64,000 nt of DNA from Eledone cirrhosa (GCA_964016885.1 OZ024753.1:14756001-14820000), one strand, 5' to 3'; positions 1 to 13,497 are shown, counted from the first letter of the stretch. Made by a program: numbers and translations. The notes: generated by a model from the letters alone, not told the origin.

Positions 1-780
1 CTGTTACCTGGGTGACCAAATTAGCGGTGGAGGTGGTTATTCCAAAAGTACAGTAACCAGAGTGAGAATGGAATGAAAAAAGCTCAGGGAGCTGCTACCA
101 CTGCTAGCTACAAAACGTTTTACCCTCAGAATGAAGGGTAGATTGTATGTGTGTATACAAATAGCAATACAGCATGGAAGTGAGACCCGGGCATTGTGTA
201 CAGAGGACCTATGTAGATTGGAAACTAATAAAGCTTGAATGATCTCATGGATGTGAAATATACATCAATGGAAAAATTTAATGAACTGAGAAGGAAATTG
301 GGCATAAAATGGATTAAGTGCAGTGTGCAGGAGAGAAAATTGTGCTGTTATGTTCATGTGATGCATATGAAAGAAGATAGCTGCATAAAAAAGATGCAGG
401 GCGATCAAACTTTATGGAAGCTTTGGAGAGGGAAGACCTAGTAATGCTTGGGATGAGGTGATAAAAGCTAACCTCACACAATTTCACCTCTCAAAGTGGG
501 TGGGTTACATGACAAAAGCACTGTCCACACCTTGTAGTGTAATCATGTAAGTGGCATGACAATAAACGCCCAGTCCACCCTGTAAAGTGGTTGTGAAGGA
601 GTCATGACAAAAGCACCTAGTTCAACTTATAAAGGGTCATGCTGTAAATGAGGTTGGTGTTAGGAAGGGCATCCAGCCATACAAACCAGACCAGCAACAG
701 TTCTGTATGAGCAAGACATGGTCACCTGATGTGACTTCTCTCACAGCAGGACAACTCGTCTAACCCATGCTAACATTGAA
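1..780 (+). mobile_element. Decayed 3' part of an RTE-clade LINE (C-terminal coding region and 3' UTR)
   Basis: Degenerate match to the in-window RTE ORF end (GDQISGGGG…, HGSET, VQERKLCCYVHVM) followed by the shared 3' UTR core ggttggtgttaggaagggcatccagc. Confidence 0.85.
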
Positions 781-1029
781 AAATGTGTATTAAACAGTGA
801 TTATACATATATATATATGTGTGTGTGTGCGCATGTGAGTGTGTATGTATGTATGTATATATATATAGATAGATATATATATATAGATATATATATATAT
901 ATGTATATATATGTATGTATATATATATGTATATATAGATATGTATATATATATATATGTATGTATATATAGATATGTATATATAGATATGTATGTATGT
1001 ATATATAGATATGTATATATATATGTATG

Positions 1030-1084
<55 letters not shown>

Positions 1085-1354
1085 GTATATATATATGTAT
1101 ATATATATATATATATACATATATATGTATGTATATATATATACCCTATGTAACATGATATATAATATAATATGTATGATATATATAACATATATATTCC
1201 CCTGACACATAATATACAACATATGCTATATACGAGACCTTCCTAATATAATACAACATTATAACAAAATACATGTATTGAGTTTGTAGCAAGAAAGTAA
1301 TACAAGTGACAGACATTAAATAAATGATGTGGAAATAAGAGGTATTGAACTCAC

Positions 1355-1490
1355 CATAACTCCTGTTGCAATTGCTATAGCCCGTCCACAATATGTGTTA
1401 GGCACAATATCACCGTAACCAATGGAGAGGAATGTTATAGAGATCATCCAGAGAGAATTTAGGATATTGGCATGTTTTGTATCATGGTAA
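1355..1490 (-). CDS. KCNN: SK channel coding exon, pore helix, selectivity filter and start of S6
   Basis: Translates [45 protein letters not shown]. Acceptor ttctctatttccag, donor GTGAGT. The first base T completes the split codon AG|T from the upstream exon (…ACE-S-YHD…), so the phases match. Confidence 0.97.
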
Positions 1491-1559
1491 CTGGAAATAG
1501 AGAATATTGTAAGCATTAACAATGTGGTTTAAAATAAAGGTCAGCATGAATACATATAC

Positions 1560-2890
1560 AAGTGTCTTTGGGGTAACATTACTTGATAGAGTGGGTAGCT
1601 CGGAGATCAGAGAGTCACACCAGGTAGAGCCACTATTTCTACAAATTGAGAGATCACAGCTCTGATACTATGGGCATGTGGTTAGAATGTCTCAGGAAAG
1701 AATCACTAGACAGGTTTGTAGCTCAGAGATCAGAGAGTCACTCCAGGTAGAGCCACTACTTCTACAAATTGAGAGATCACAGCTCTGATACTATGGACAT
1801 GTGGTTAGAATGTCTCAGGAAAGAATCACTAGATAGGTTTGTAGCTCAGAGATCAGAGAGTCACTCCAGGTAGAGCCACTACTTCTCAGAATTGAGAGAT
1901 CACAGCTCTGATACTATGGACATGTGGTTAGAATGTCTCAGGAAGGAATCACTAGATAGGTTTGTAGCTCAGAGATCAGAGAGTCACTCCAGGTAGAGCC
2001 ACTACTTCTACAAATTGAGAGATCACAACTCTGATGCTATAGGCATGTGGTTAGAATGTCTCAGGAAGGAATCACTAGATAGGTTTGTAGCTCAGAGATC
2101 AGAGAGTCACTCCAGGTAGAGCCACTACTTCTACAAATTGAGAGATCACAGCTCTGACACTATGGACATGTGGTTAGAATGTCTCAGGAAGGAATCACTA
2201 GATAGGTTTGTAGCTCAGAGATCAGAGAGTCACTCCAGGTAGAGCCACTACTTCTCAGAATTGAGAGATCACAGCTCTGATGCTATGGGCATGTGGTTAG
2301 AATGTCTCAGGAAAGAATCACTGGACAGATTTGGAGCTTGGAGATCAGAGAGTCACTCCAGGTAGAGCCACTACTTCTACAAATTGAGAGATCACAGCTC
2401 TGATACTATGGACATGTGGTTAGAATGTCTCAGGAAGGACTCACTAGATAGGTTTGTAGCTCAGAGATCAGAGAGTCACTCCAGGTAGAGCCACTACTTC
2501 TCAGAATTGAGAGATCACAGCTCTGATACTATGGACATGTGGTTAGAATGTCTCAGGAAGGAATCACTAGTTAGGTTTGTAGCACAGAGATCAGAGACAC
2601 ACTTGAGGTAGAGCCACTACTTCTACAAATTGAGAGATCACAGCTCTGATACTATGGTTAGAATGTCTTAGAAAAAAAATCAATGGACAGATTTTAAGGG
2701 CAAAACCAACTGGTAGGAGACCCAGGGGTAGACCTCGAGCAAGATGAGCTTGACTGGTCTCACTTGAGGAGCCAGCCAGACCAGCTGGAGACAGTTGCTT
2801 CTGACATGACCCACTGGAAGGAATGTTTAGGGATTCTGCCCCCATGACCCTCTCAGTAATAATTGGGCAATGAAGAAGATGTAGAAGATA
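1560..2890 (+). repeat. RTE-like LINE 3' fragment with an internal 123-bp unit amplified to about 9 tandem copies
   Basis: Unit gtagctcagagatcagagagtcactccaggtagagccactacttct…ggttagaatgtctcaggaa…taggttt recurs at ~1595, 1718, 1841, 1964, 2087, 2210, 2333, 2456 and 2579. Unamplified copies of the same element occur at ~46290-46730 and ~61890-62340. Confidence 0.9.
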
Positions 2891-3015
2891 AAGACAAGAA
2901 GAAGAAAAATTTAGTCTCACAGTGTGTATTTTAAGTGAACATATCACAGCTATCCCAGTACGAATGTAAGAATGCTGTATGTATATATATATACAGTATG
3001 CACCACCCTACCCTC

Positions 3016-3286
3016 CAGTGCAGGATTTACGTATAAGCTAAACAAGCTATAGCTTAGGGCCCCCACTTCCTTGGGGCCCCGAAAATATTGAAAAAAACGG
3101 TGTGTACATTTCCAAAATATAAGATAAAAAAGAACTAAAATAATGCAATAGTTTTAAACAGTTTTCTGCTTTAATATTGAACGTTTTGCAGTTTTTATAA
3201 CATTTTTTATAACATTTTTTATAACATATAAAGGGCCCCATTATCTCAAATACCTTAGGGCCTCATCAAATCTAAATCTGGCCCTG
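3016..3286. mobile_element. hAT-type MITE
   Basis: Imperfect TIRs cagtgcaggattta / taaatctggccctg. Flanked by a near-matching 8-bp duplication (ctaccctc / ccaccctt). Confidence 0.6.
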
Positions 3287-4342
3287 CCACCCTTCCAAAC
3301 ACCCATATGAGAACAGGCCAAAGTAAATGCATCCAGTGAAGCCCTCAGCCCAAACTGTAAAGTGGTCGTGTAGGCGTATTGACAAAAAGCACCCAGTACT
3401 CACTGTAAATGAGGTTGGTGTTAGGAAGGGCATCCAGCTGTAGAAATCAAGCCAGAATCAGTTCCTGTATGAGCAAGACATGGTCTCCTGACCTAGCATT
3501 GCTTATAACAGGACAACTCGTCAAACCCATGCTAGCGTGGAAAATGGACATAAGATGGAGGTGATGATGATATATGTATATACACACAAATATATATATA
3601 TATCATTATCATGATATATATGAAAGGTTAACTTTGCCTTTCATCCTTACGAGGTCGATAAAATAAAGTACCAGTGGTGCACTGGGGTAATCGGTGGCCT
3701 TGTGCCAAAAGTAGAAACAATTATCATGATATATATGTGTGTATATATATATATAAATATAGGAATGAGTAGGACCCCGACGGCTGAGCTCAAGCCGTTT
3801 CGACGGCTAATTCTGGACTGTTACCCACTCTACTACCCTAAGTATTGAGTACTTTGGTGCGTTATGATCCACCTGGTTCCTTACTACATTTCCTCCGTTA
3901 TATATATATATATATATATGTGAGTAATATTGTAGAACAATAAAACTATGCATATATCAGATATAATAATAATAATGCGCATAATAAAATATATGGAATT
4001 TCTTTAACCATCTTTTAATTTCTTCTTTTATGTATATATAATTATATAATATATATTATTATTATTACTATATATATATATATATATATATAGTAATAAT
4101 AATAAATTTGAAGACTAAACTTTAATCTGTTATTTTAATAAATATATATATATATATATATCATTCCACTGCAAAGTGGTCGTGGAGGTGCCACAGCAAA
4201 AAAGCACCCAGCACTCACTGTAAATGAGGTTGGTGTTAGGAAGGGCATCCAGCTGTAGAAATCAAGCCAGAATCAGTTCCCATCCCACCCTTGCAAGCAG
4301 GGAAAAGCGGATGTAAAATGATGATGAAATGAAATGAAATGA

Positions 4343-4379
<37 letters not shown>

Positions 4380-4570
4380 ATATGAGCAGGACAACAAATC
4401 TTGCCTCAAGTGGCAAACCTCCCGTCCAAACCCATGCAAGCATGGAAGATGGACGTTAAATGATGATGATGATATATATAAATATATATATATAACCAAA
4501 AATTAATATATATATTCCAATACTGGAATTGAACTATCAAGACAGTTGAGGTAAGTCATACATCAATTCA

Positions 4571-4638
4571 TGTATTTTATCTGACGAGGGCGTACTGAAA
4601 AACAGCACACTACCTTCAAAATATATATAATAAAACAT
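4571..4638 (+). ncRNA. Degenerate hammerhead ribozyme motif (family H1)
   Basis: tgtattttat-CTGACGA-stem II-(AAAA in place of GAAA)-tatata-TA-ataaaaca. G12 is lost. Confidence 0.5.
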
Positions 4639-4947
4639 ATATTTTGATTATGTGAATGTCTTCATTTATTATTATTCTGAGAATAATATATATATTATAT
4701 ATATACATATATATATGTGTGTGTGTATATTACGTTGGTACCACAAAACATCCAGCTCATTCTGTAAAGTGGTTGTGTAGGTGTCACAACAAAAACCCCC
4801 AGCTCACACTGTAAACTAGGAAGGATCAGAAACAGTCCTATATGAAGGAGACACCGTCACCTGACCCAACTTGCCTATAAATGGGATAAACCCCTCTAAC
4901 CTATACTAGTATGGAAAATGGACATTAAACAATGATGATCATGATGA

Positions 4948-4992
<45 letters not shown>

Positions 4993-5383
4993 ATTCTTAC
5001 CGAACAGACACATCCTACTTCTTACCCTCTGTCTATCTATCTTTATGTTCATTTTGTCAAGCACACATCAGAAATACTTAATATTTGTTGTACAAGCCAG
5101 TAATTACATCTAGTATTCTCTATTTTAAATTGTGTGAAACTACATTCCGGTATGAGGGTTGATGACGAATTATGAAATATTATGGTTTGGTGGTGTTAAT
5201 TTTCATTTTTCCATTTCCTTCCTTTGCTTCTCCGGACCAACACACTCCTGCCTATTTATTCCTGTCCTTTGAGGTAAGATTTTACCAAATGCCATCATTG
5301 ATGGCATTTTGCTGTTTTGGCAGTTTTCTTTGCGTTGAGTTTCTCATTATTCTATAAATTCTTGATTTTGAGAAAACTTTATT

Positions 5384-5451
<68 letters not shown>

Positions 5452-5493
5452 ATGATATTAAATAAATGGAAACTACATTTATAAAACCATATT

Positions 5494-5556
5494 TATTCTA
5501 TTATATATATTTCAAAGGTACCAACAATTTTGGTACGCTCTCATCAGATAAAATAC
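5494..5556 (-). ncRNA. Minimal type I hammerhead ribozyme (family H1) within a short Penelope-like element at ~5450-5615
   Basis: Minus strand reads gtattttat-CTGATGA-gagcgtaccaa(aattg)ttggtaccttt-GAAA-tatata-TA-atagaata. Core is complete, with stem I, stem II and a palindromic stem III. Confidence 0.8.
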
Positions 5557-5957
5557 AAATTGTGTTTTATAAATTTTGACATAACCAAGGATAATATACC
5601 TTAACGGTTCAAGTTATCCCTGGATAGTGAAGGGAAGAGAAAAGTCAGATATTTCAAATTATTAAGATGAGTATGCAAATGAGGTTTATGTAAAAAGGTT
5701 GAAAAAACGTTATTTTAGACGCTTTGGAAAATTAAAATAATTATGATAGGTTATTGTATGCATAAGAATTTAAGAGAAAGGAAGAAGGGCTAGCATTTAC
5801 GTTAATTTGGGGGAAGAGATTTGTTTACCTATATTATGAGTTATAATATTGTATATATATAATCAGTTAGATTATATGAAGAATTATGGATGTAAGTATT
5901 TTTATCTTGTTATATTACGATAGGTTATATGTATATAAATATCTATATATATATATA

Positions 5958-6326
5958 ACGATATTAAAAAAATGGAAACTATATTTATAAAACCATATTT
6001 ATTTCGTTATATATATTTCAGGGATATCATATTAAAAATATGGTATGCCTTCCTCAGACAAAATACAATACATAAGCTGTTTTATAAATAATTTTTGACA
6101 TACCTTATAAATAATGCAACTTCCATTTAAAAAGTTGATTTAAAATCAACTTTTTAAATGGAAGTTGCATTATTTATAAGGTATGTCAAAAATTATTTAT
6201 AAAACAGCTTATGTATTGTATTTTGTCTGAGGAAGGCATACCATATTTTTAATATGATATCCCTGAAATATATATAACAAAATAAATATGGTTTTATAAA
6301 TATAGTTTCCATTTGTTTAATATCGT
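5958..6326. repeat. Near-perfect 369-bp palindrome (184-bp arms, centre 6142) with an H1 hammerhead in each arm (6001-6067 minus, 6217-6283 plus)
   Basis: The arms are reverse complements with very few mismatches. The plus arm reads attttgt-CTGAGGA-aggcataccatatt…aatatgatatccct-GAAA-tatata-TA-acaaaat. A unique tail at 6327-6415 is shared with the copy at ~24180. Confidence 0.92.
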
Positions 6327-6898
6327 AAACCTACTCCAGAAATTGTTGAGTGCTTTTATATCAGTTATAAAATATTTACTCGTTGTAACCCAACAATCTT
6401 AAATAAAACTTTTGCATATATATATATATATATATTAATAACTTGCGTATGTATTAGTTGTTTATATATCAAATATGAGTAACGAAGGATGTTGAATTTG
6501 TATTTTACTTAAAAAATAGGTGATTCAAGTTGTGAGAGTAGAACAATTTATGGATTCAAAAATTTTGTTCAACATTGAGAATGTTTTCAGAATATTGTTA
6601 ATTTAGCGAAGCTATACAGATTATCAAACGTAAACTGCTTATGTTTGCAGGATTGTGAAAAATGTTTATGTTTACATTATTGATAAAAAGGAAAGATAAC
6701 TCCAATTTTGTTTGTTAACCATTAAATTAGAGAAAAATTATATATTTTTTTTGTGTGAGATCCATTATTGTAGTCGAAAGATGTGTGAATGTTTGAATAA
6801 TAAAAAGAGAGAGGAAAAATCTAATGTGCTTTTCGAAGAACTATATATATATATAATATATATATATATATTATATATATATTATATTATATATATAT

Positions 6899-7520
6899 AC
6901 AGTAATATACGTGAACGACAAAGCATAAGTGAATTGAGAGAGAGACTGAGCATAAGAGGAATCAAATGCTGTGTGCAGGAGAGGCGGTTGCGCTGGTATG
7001 GACATGTGATGCGTATGAAGGATGACAGCTGCATAAAAAGGTGCAGAGCACTAGAAGTTGATGGAAACCGCGGAGTGGGGAGACCCACGATGACCTGGGA
7101 TGAGGTGATAAAAGCCGACCTTACCCAATTACACCTCTCAAAGGCAATGACACACGACCGTGACTTCCGGCGTCACGCAGTAATACAGAGTACCCGACCT
7201 CCCATGGGTACAAGCTGAAGCATATAGACAATATGCCCCCACACTCCCCACCGCAAGGTGGTCATGGAGGTGCCACGGCAAAAAAGCACCCAGCCCACAC
7301 TGTAAAGTGGACGTGTAGGCGCCACGAAAAAGCACCCAGCACTCACTGTAAATGAGGTTGGTGTTAGGAAGGGCATCCAGCTGTAGAAATAAAGGCAAAT
7401 CAGTTCCTGTATGAGCAAGGCATGGTCAGCCGACCAGACACTGCCCACAACAGGACAACCCGTCTAACCCATGCTAGCGTGGAAGAACGGACGTAAAACG
7501 GTGATGATGATGATGATGAT
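6899..7520 (+). mobile_element. 5'-truncated RTE LINE (family B) 3' end with (GAT)n tail
   Basis: Near-identical reverse complement of 16305-16925. Encodes SNIRERQSISELRERLSIRGIKCCVQERRLRWYGHVMRM. Confidence 0.93.
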
Positions 7521-7532
7521 GATATATAATAT

Positions 7533-7602
<70 letters not shown>

Positions 7603-8825
7603 TATAATCATCATCAAAATCATCACCGTTTAATGTCCATTTTTCCACACTGGCATGGGTTAGACAATTATCTTGATGGAGGTTTCCTCTTCAGCATAGT
7701 TTCCCTCCACTTCTTGCACATTGAGAGTTAGAAGTGGAGAGCAGGTGAAAGTTAGAAGGGTGGAGAAAATAATTGAAGAATTGGTGAAACATAAGTGTTT
7801 GAAAAAGGAAGAAATATAGTGAGGAAAAGAGAAAGAGAGAAAGTAGTGGAGAAAAATACTTATTTTTAATTGAAACTGTTGAAAAGAGAAAGAGGAAAAG
7901 AGATATATATAGAGAGAGATACAGAGGGAGATATATCACTGTAATAAAACTCAATTATCAAGTGATGACCACTTTGTACAGTCAGATAAACAAAATTAGT
8001 AAAACATATAACAGAAGAGTTCTTTGCATAGTTTTCTCACTTCCTCTTCTTGTACGTGTCAACACATGAATGGGGTGTCGGAAGTCTTACAGATAATGTC
8101 TTTTACACACACACATACATACATACATACACATATACATACACATATACATACACACATACATGCTGCCTGTCTATCTACCTAATTGTCTGTCTAAATG
8201 ATTGATTGTCTATCTATCTGTGTATCTATCTATCTATCTCTGTCTATCAGTATATTTTTTTTCTATAATTCACATCGCTTTTTACAGTTAATATGCTAGT
8301 ATATATAAATATATATATATATATAAATATAAATTTAGCGAGAATCGCATTTTGGCAGGTAGAAATTAGCGAAACGCAACTTCCGAATTGTGTTGACAAG
8401 TGCTCAATGGATACAAAGATACCAGAGCTATAAACATAAGTTAAAAAGGTCATACAAAACTGAGACGATGGTTAAGAAGCCATTAACCACCTAAGCCAAA
8501 AAAGCGAACAAGTTAAACGGGTCAAACAAAATAAGATATGATTGAAATATATATATATATGAGATCGAGATCGTGTAGGTGTCACGAGAAAAAAACACAC
8601 AGTCCACGGTGTAATGTGGCCGTGTAGGTAGCATGGTAAAAAGTTCCCAGTTCCACACTGTAAATGTGGTTGGTGTTAGGAAGGGCATCCAGCCGTAGAA
8701 AACCTGCCAGATAGTCCTATATAAGTGAGACACGGTCACCCGACCAACCTTGCCTCAAGTGGTACAACTCCCGTCTTACCCATGCTAGCGTGGAAAGTGG
8801 ACGTTAAACGAGGATGATGATGATG

Positions 8826-8856
<31 letters not shown>

Positions 8857-9489
8857 TATACAGTTTCATTTACATGTAATTAGACTTTTATGTTGTATTT
8901 AACACCATGTAAACAAAATAATTGTTTTTCTGAATATATACATTCTGGCTGTGCATTGACAGCTCATGTTGGTACCATTACCAGTAATTCACTGAATCCC
9001 ATACACTATATATATATATATGTATGTATGTATGTGTATGTGTAAGGCAGAAAATTGCCAGAATCTTAGAATGTCGGATAGAATGCTTTATGGTATTCGT
9101 TCCAGCTCTCTGAGTTCAAATTCTGCCGAGGTCAACTTTGCCTTTCATACTTTCAAGGTCGATAAATAAAGTACCACTCCAACACTGGAGTTGATTCTTC
9201 CTCTGTATCTCTTTCTCATTTCCTCTCTTTTACTTTCTATCTTTCTCTGGAAGAAATCTGCTGGAGTGATGGGCTCGACAAGGTTTAAAATAGCCAAGAA
9301 ATGCTGTCAATATGGCACCCGTATAACTCAGGAGTTACGGGACCATACTGTATATGTGTGTGATAAGTATTGGGGTTGATATGATTAGTTAAATTCATTG
9401 ATACTACTACTGCAATTGTAGTTAACAACCAGTCAGATAATAACAGGGAACCAACCAACTACTATTCCAGCAACCACTACTATATATAT

Positions 9490-10725
9490 AGTCATCTGGT
9501 GGTCCCTGAGGAAACTAGATGTTGAGGAATGGCTTGTGAGGACAGTGCAAGCTTTGTACAGAAGTGCTGTCAGTAAAGTGAGAGTAGGAGCGGAGTTTAG
9601 TGAGGAATTCCAGATACAGGTAGGAGTACATCAGGGTTCGATCCTCAGCCCGCTCGTGTTCATTATAATCCTCCAAGCCATAACAGAGGAGTTTAAGACT
9701 GGCTGCCCATGGGAACTTCTCTATGCTGATGATCTGGTACTTATAGCAGAAGCAGTAGAGGAGCTAGAGAATAAATTCTGGCTATGGAAACAGCAGTTGG
9801 AAGCAAGAGGACTGAGAGTGAACCTAGCTAAGACAAAAGTGTTGATGAGTAAAAAAGAGAACAAAACTCTGATTCCATCAGGGAAATGGCCATGTTCGAT
9901 ATGCAGAAAAGGAACTGGCATAAATTCTATAAAATGTACACATTGCAGATCTTAGGTACACAAGAGATGTAGTGGGATAGCAGGCAAACTAACAGGTAGG
10001 GAGAAATACGTATGCAGTAGATGTACAGGGAAATTAGACAGTAGCAGTCGCATTGATAGACACATTTTTCAAATGCAGGTGGGTGCTATAGAAGTGGTTG
10101 ATTGCTTCCGGTACCAAGGTGATCAGATTAGCATGGGAGGGGGGGGGGGGTTCCAAGGCCATAGTATCTACAATAAGGACGGGTTAGAAGAAGTTTAGGG
10201 AGTTGCTTCCTCTGCTGACGAAGAAGGGTTTCTCCCTGCATACGAAAGGCCGGTTATATGATGCCTGTGTGAGATGTGCAATGCTGCATGGTAGTGAGAC
10301 ATGGGCAGAGGATATGTGATGGCTGGAGAGAAATGAGGCAAGCATGCTCCGTTGGATGTGCGTGGACAACCGAGCATGGATGTGTTGAGAGAGAAACTGT
10401 GTCTGAGTGGGATAGAACGTAGTGTGTGGGAGAGGAGACTGCAATGGTATGGACATGTGATGTGCATGGAGGATGACCGATGGGTGAAGAAGTGCCAGGA
10501 AATGCCAGTTGGGTGAAGAAGTGCCAGGAAATGCCAGTTGAAGGAAGACGTGGTAGAGGTAGACCACGAAAAACGGGGGCAGTGGTGGTGAGAGTAGACC
10601 TCAGATCGCTGAAGCTCACGGTGGAGATGATGAAGGACCGTGACAAGTGGAGAGATGATGTGTTGAATAGAACCCATCCCACCCTTGCAAGCAGGGGAAA
10701 GCGGACGTAAAATGATGATGATGAT
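9490..10725 (+). mobile_element. Decayed 5'-truncated RTE LINE (family C)
   Basis: RT motifs VGVHQGSILSP and LLYADDL and a Cys-rich insert, interrupted by stops and frameshifts. Ends in cccatcccacccttgcaagcaggggaaagcggacgtaaaa(tga)n. Confidence 0.9.
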
Positions 10726-10753
10726 GATATATATATACACGCCCATATATCTG

Positions 10754-10785
<32 letters not shown>

Positions 10786-10839
10786 CACACACAAACATAT
10801 ATGTTTCTATATGTATATACATATATATATATATATAAT

Positions 10840-11315
10840 AGGAGAAAATGGCTGAGGAGCGTGTGATGTGGAGACGTTTGATCAAATCAGGAAGTGAACA
10901 CTTTGAAACTCATCGAAGAGAACACCTAACACTGAAAAGGAAGGTGAGGAAAAGGGACTGTTCTGAACTGCCTGCTGTTGAGCAGCATCTGATTTACAGC
11001 ACTGTGGTCGAATTTACCCGAGTAAAGCTGGTTTAACTAGACACAAAGTCATATCAGTAGACCTCATGTAGATTATGATCTGAAAAGATGTAAGGAATGT
11101 GGCAAGGGATGTGCTAGCATGGGAGGTCTTAAAAGACACATGAGAGCACGCAGTCAGAACCAAGCACTGGAAAGTACCAGAGGAGCCTACAGTTGCCATG
11201 TATGTGCCAGAGGGTGCAAGTCTTTGGCAGGTTTAAAGAGCCACATTCGGGCCTCACAATTTTGAGCATTCTATCAGGCGATGGCAACGCTCAAACATGA
11301 GTTTGCGGCCTTCAT
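10840..11315 (+). mobile_element. 3' fragment of an RTE-type LINE with C-terminal C2H2 zinc fingers
   Basis: Frameshifted remnants WRRLIKSGSEHFE, CKECGKGCASMGGLKRHMRA and CHVCARGCKSLAGLKSHIRA, then a short 3' tail ending …gcggccttcat. Confidence 0.6.
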
Positions 11316-11320
11316 ATATA

Positions 11321-11662
11321 TGGAGGCACATGGCTTAGTGGTTAGAGCATTGGCCTTGCAATCGAAAGGTTGTGAGTTCAATTCTCAGATCGGGTGATGT
11401 GTTGTTTCCTTGAGCAAGACACTTTATTTCACATTGCTCCAGTTTACTCAGCTGTAGAAATGAGATGATAGGGACTGGGGTCCATATCATTCCACTGTAA
11501 AGTGGTCATGGAGGTGCCACGGCTAAAAAGCACCCAGCACTCACTGTAAATGAGGTTGGTGTTAGGAAGGGCATCCAGCTGTAGAAATCAAGCCAGAATC
11601 AGTTCCCGTCCAACCCTTGCAAGCAGGGAAAAGCGGACGTAAAAAATGATGATGATGATGAT
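11321..11662 (+). mobile_element. tRNA-derived SINE, family S1 (tRNA head, CORE-like block, RTE 3' tail)
   Basis: A box tggcttagtgg, B box gagttcaattc, tccttgagcaagacactt block, RTE-shared tail and (GAT)n. Further copies at ~22038-22300(-), 32125-32510(+), 37783-38122(+), 44848-45130(-), 45139-45470(+) and 50667-50995(+). Confidence 0.88.
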
Positions 11663-11689
11663 GATATATATATATATATATAAAATATA

Positions 11690-12148
11690 GTTATACTTAG
11701 GGAGGGTCATATTTGTGTAATAATATTGCCAGAATTGATAACAGAACACACTCACTGTTTGGTTGGTTTTTGCTTCTGTGTCTTTTATATCGGTTAATTT
11801 AATGTATTCAGTCCTCAATGTTACCATTGACTGACCAACGGTCAAAAATACAGATCTAATATAGACACAAACACATATATATAGTCTAAAAAAGTTCTTT
11901 CGTTGCACATCTGCGACGATGTTGCAGATGTGCAACAAAAGAACTTTGTTAGACTATATATATGTGTTTGTGTCTATATTAGATCTGTATTTTTGACCGT
12001 TGGTCAGTCAATGGTAACATTGAGGACCGAATACATTAAATTAACCGATATAAAAGACACAGAAGCAAAAACCAACCAAACAGTGAGTGTGTTCTGTTAT
12101 CAATTCTGGCAATATTATTACACAAATATGACCCTCCCCAAGTATAAC
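11690..12148. repeat. Near-perfect 459-bp palindrome (centre 11919, 3-nt loop), hammerhead-associated family H2
   Basis: About 228-bp arms with only a handful of mismatches. A single-arm copy at 44620-44845 begins with a complete hammerhead core. Confidence 0.95.
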
Positions 12149-12267
12149 AATATTTGTTTCGACACACGATTTCATATCAAAAACCTCGCAAAACTAATAT
12201 AAAAAAAAAAAAATATATATATATACGATATATTAACAAATGGAAACTATATTTATAAAACCATATT

Positions 12268-12332
12268 TATTTCATTATACATATTTCAAGGACACCAAGT
12301 CAAATTATGGTGCACTTTCATCAGATAAAATA
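12268..12332 (-). ncRNA. Minimal type I hammerhead ribozyme (family H1)
   Basis: Minus strand reads tattttat-CTGATGA-aagtgcacca…tggtgtcctt-GAAA-tatgta-TA-atgaaata. Confidence 0.72.
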
Positions 12333-12594
12333 TAATATAGATAAGTTTTATAAATAAATATTGACATACCCTTAAAGAATGCGACCATTTCTGTTGGAAG
12401 CTCCCGGATATATATACATATATATATTTATTTATTTATATATACAGAGGAAGATAAACAGATGTGAAAAGTTCTGTGTAGAAAAAAATGGAGAAATGGT
12501 GTCCAATGATTGAAAGTATTAAAGTAAATGGTAAGTTTGGTGCCAAGTTTTTCAAGTGAAACTTTTGATAACTAGGAAATATTTCTTTGTTGCT

Positions 12595-13080
12595 ATGGTG
12601 CTGCTGCTGTTGTTGTTTGTGATGTTGATATTGTTGGTGGTGGGGTGTTATTGGTGATGCTGGGGTGGTGTTGGTGGTGGTGGGGTGTTATTGCTGATAA
12701 AGTTAGTGTTGGTGATGGTGGGCTGTTGTAAATAATGGTGTGGTGGTGTTGGTTGTGGTGAGGTGTTGGTGGTGGTGATGTTTGTAATGGCTGTGATGGT
12801 GATGGTTTTGATGCTGGTGATTATGGTCATAGTGGTGATGGTGGTGGTTGTGACGCTGGTGATGATGGTCATAGTGGTGATGGTTGTGGTAGTGGTGATG
12901 GTGGTGGTTGTGATGGTGGCAATGGTTGTGATGATGGTGATGATGGTGGTAGTAGTGATGGCGGTGGTAGTGGTAGTGATGGTGGTGGTGTTGGTGGTAG
13001 TTGTGATGGTGGTGGTAGTGGTGGGGATGGTGGTGGTAGTGGTGGGGATGGTGGTAGTAGTGATGGTGGTGATGATAGTT
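12595..13080. repeat. Degenerate (GGT/GAT/AGT)n trinucleotide repeat
   Basis: Direct reading. It produces the poly-T and poly-V pseudo-ORFs. Confidence 0.9.
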
Positions 13081-13497
13081 GAAGCAGGTTTAATGGTAAT
13101 TGTATATCTTTGGTTATTGTTGGAAGAAAAAATGGTGATTATTACTTCAAAGAGAGGTGTAGGTGTGTAGGGAGGCATTTCTGAAATATTATTTCACTAA
13201 TTGGGGGTCATTTAATTAGGAATGGATGAAATAGGTTGAATGGTCAACTGAAAATCACCAATCATTATCTTGAAAGACATCATCTTAGATGCTAACAATA
13301 ACTTTCATTTTTAATCAAATATATTCATATATGCATGTGTATATATATATCTATATATGTATATATATACCTATATATGTATGTATATATATATATATCT
13401 ATATATGTATGTGTATATATCTATATATGTATGTGTATCTATATCTATATATGTATGTGTATATATATCTATACATGCATGTGTATATATATATATA

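Noticed and set aside
11321-11395. Possible tRNA gene (and the equivalents at other SINE heads)
   Set aside because: A and B boxes are present, but the sequence runs into the SINE body and tail in every copy and has no clean acceptor stem or terminator.
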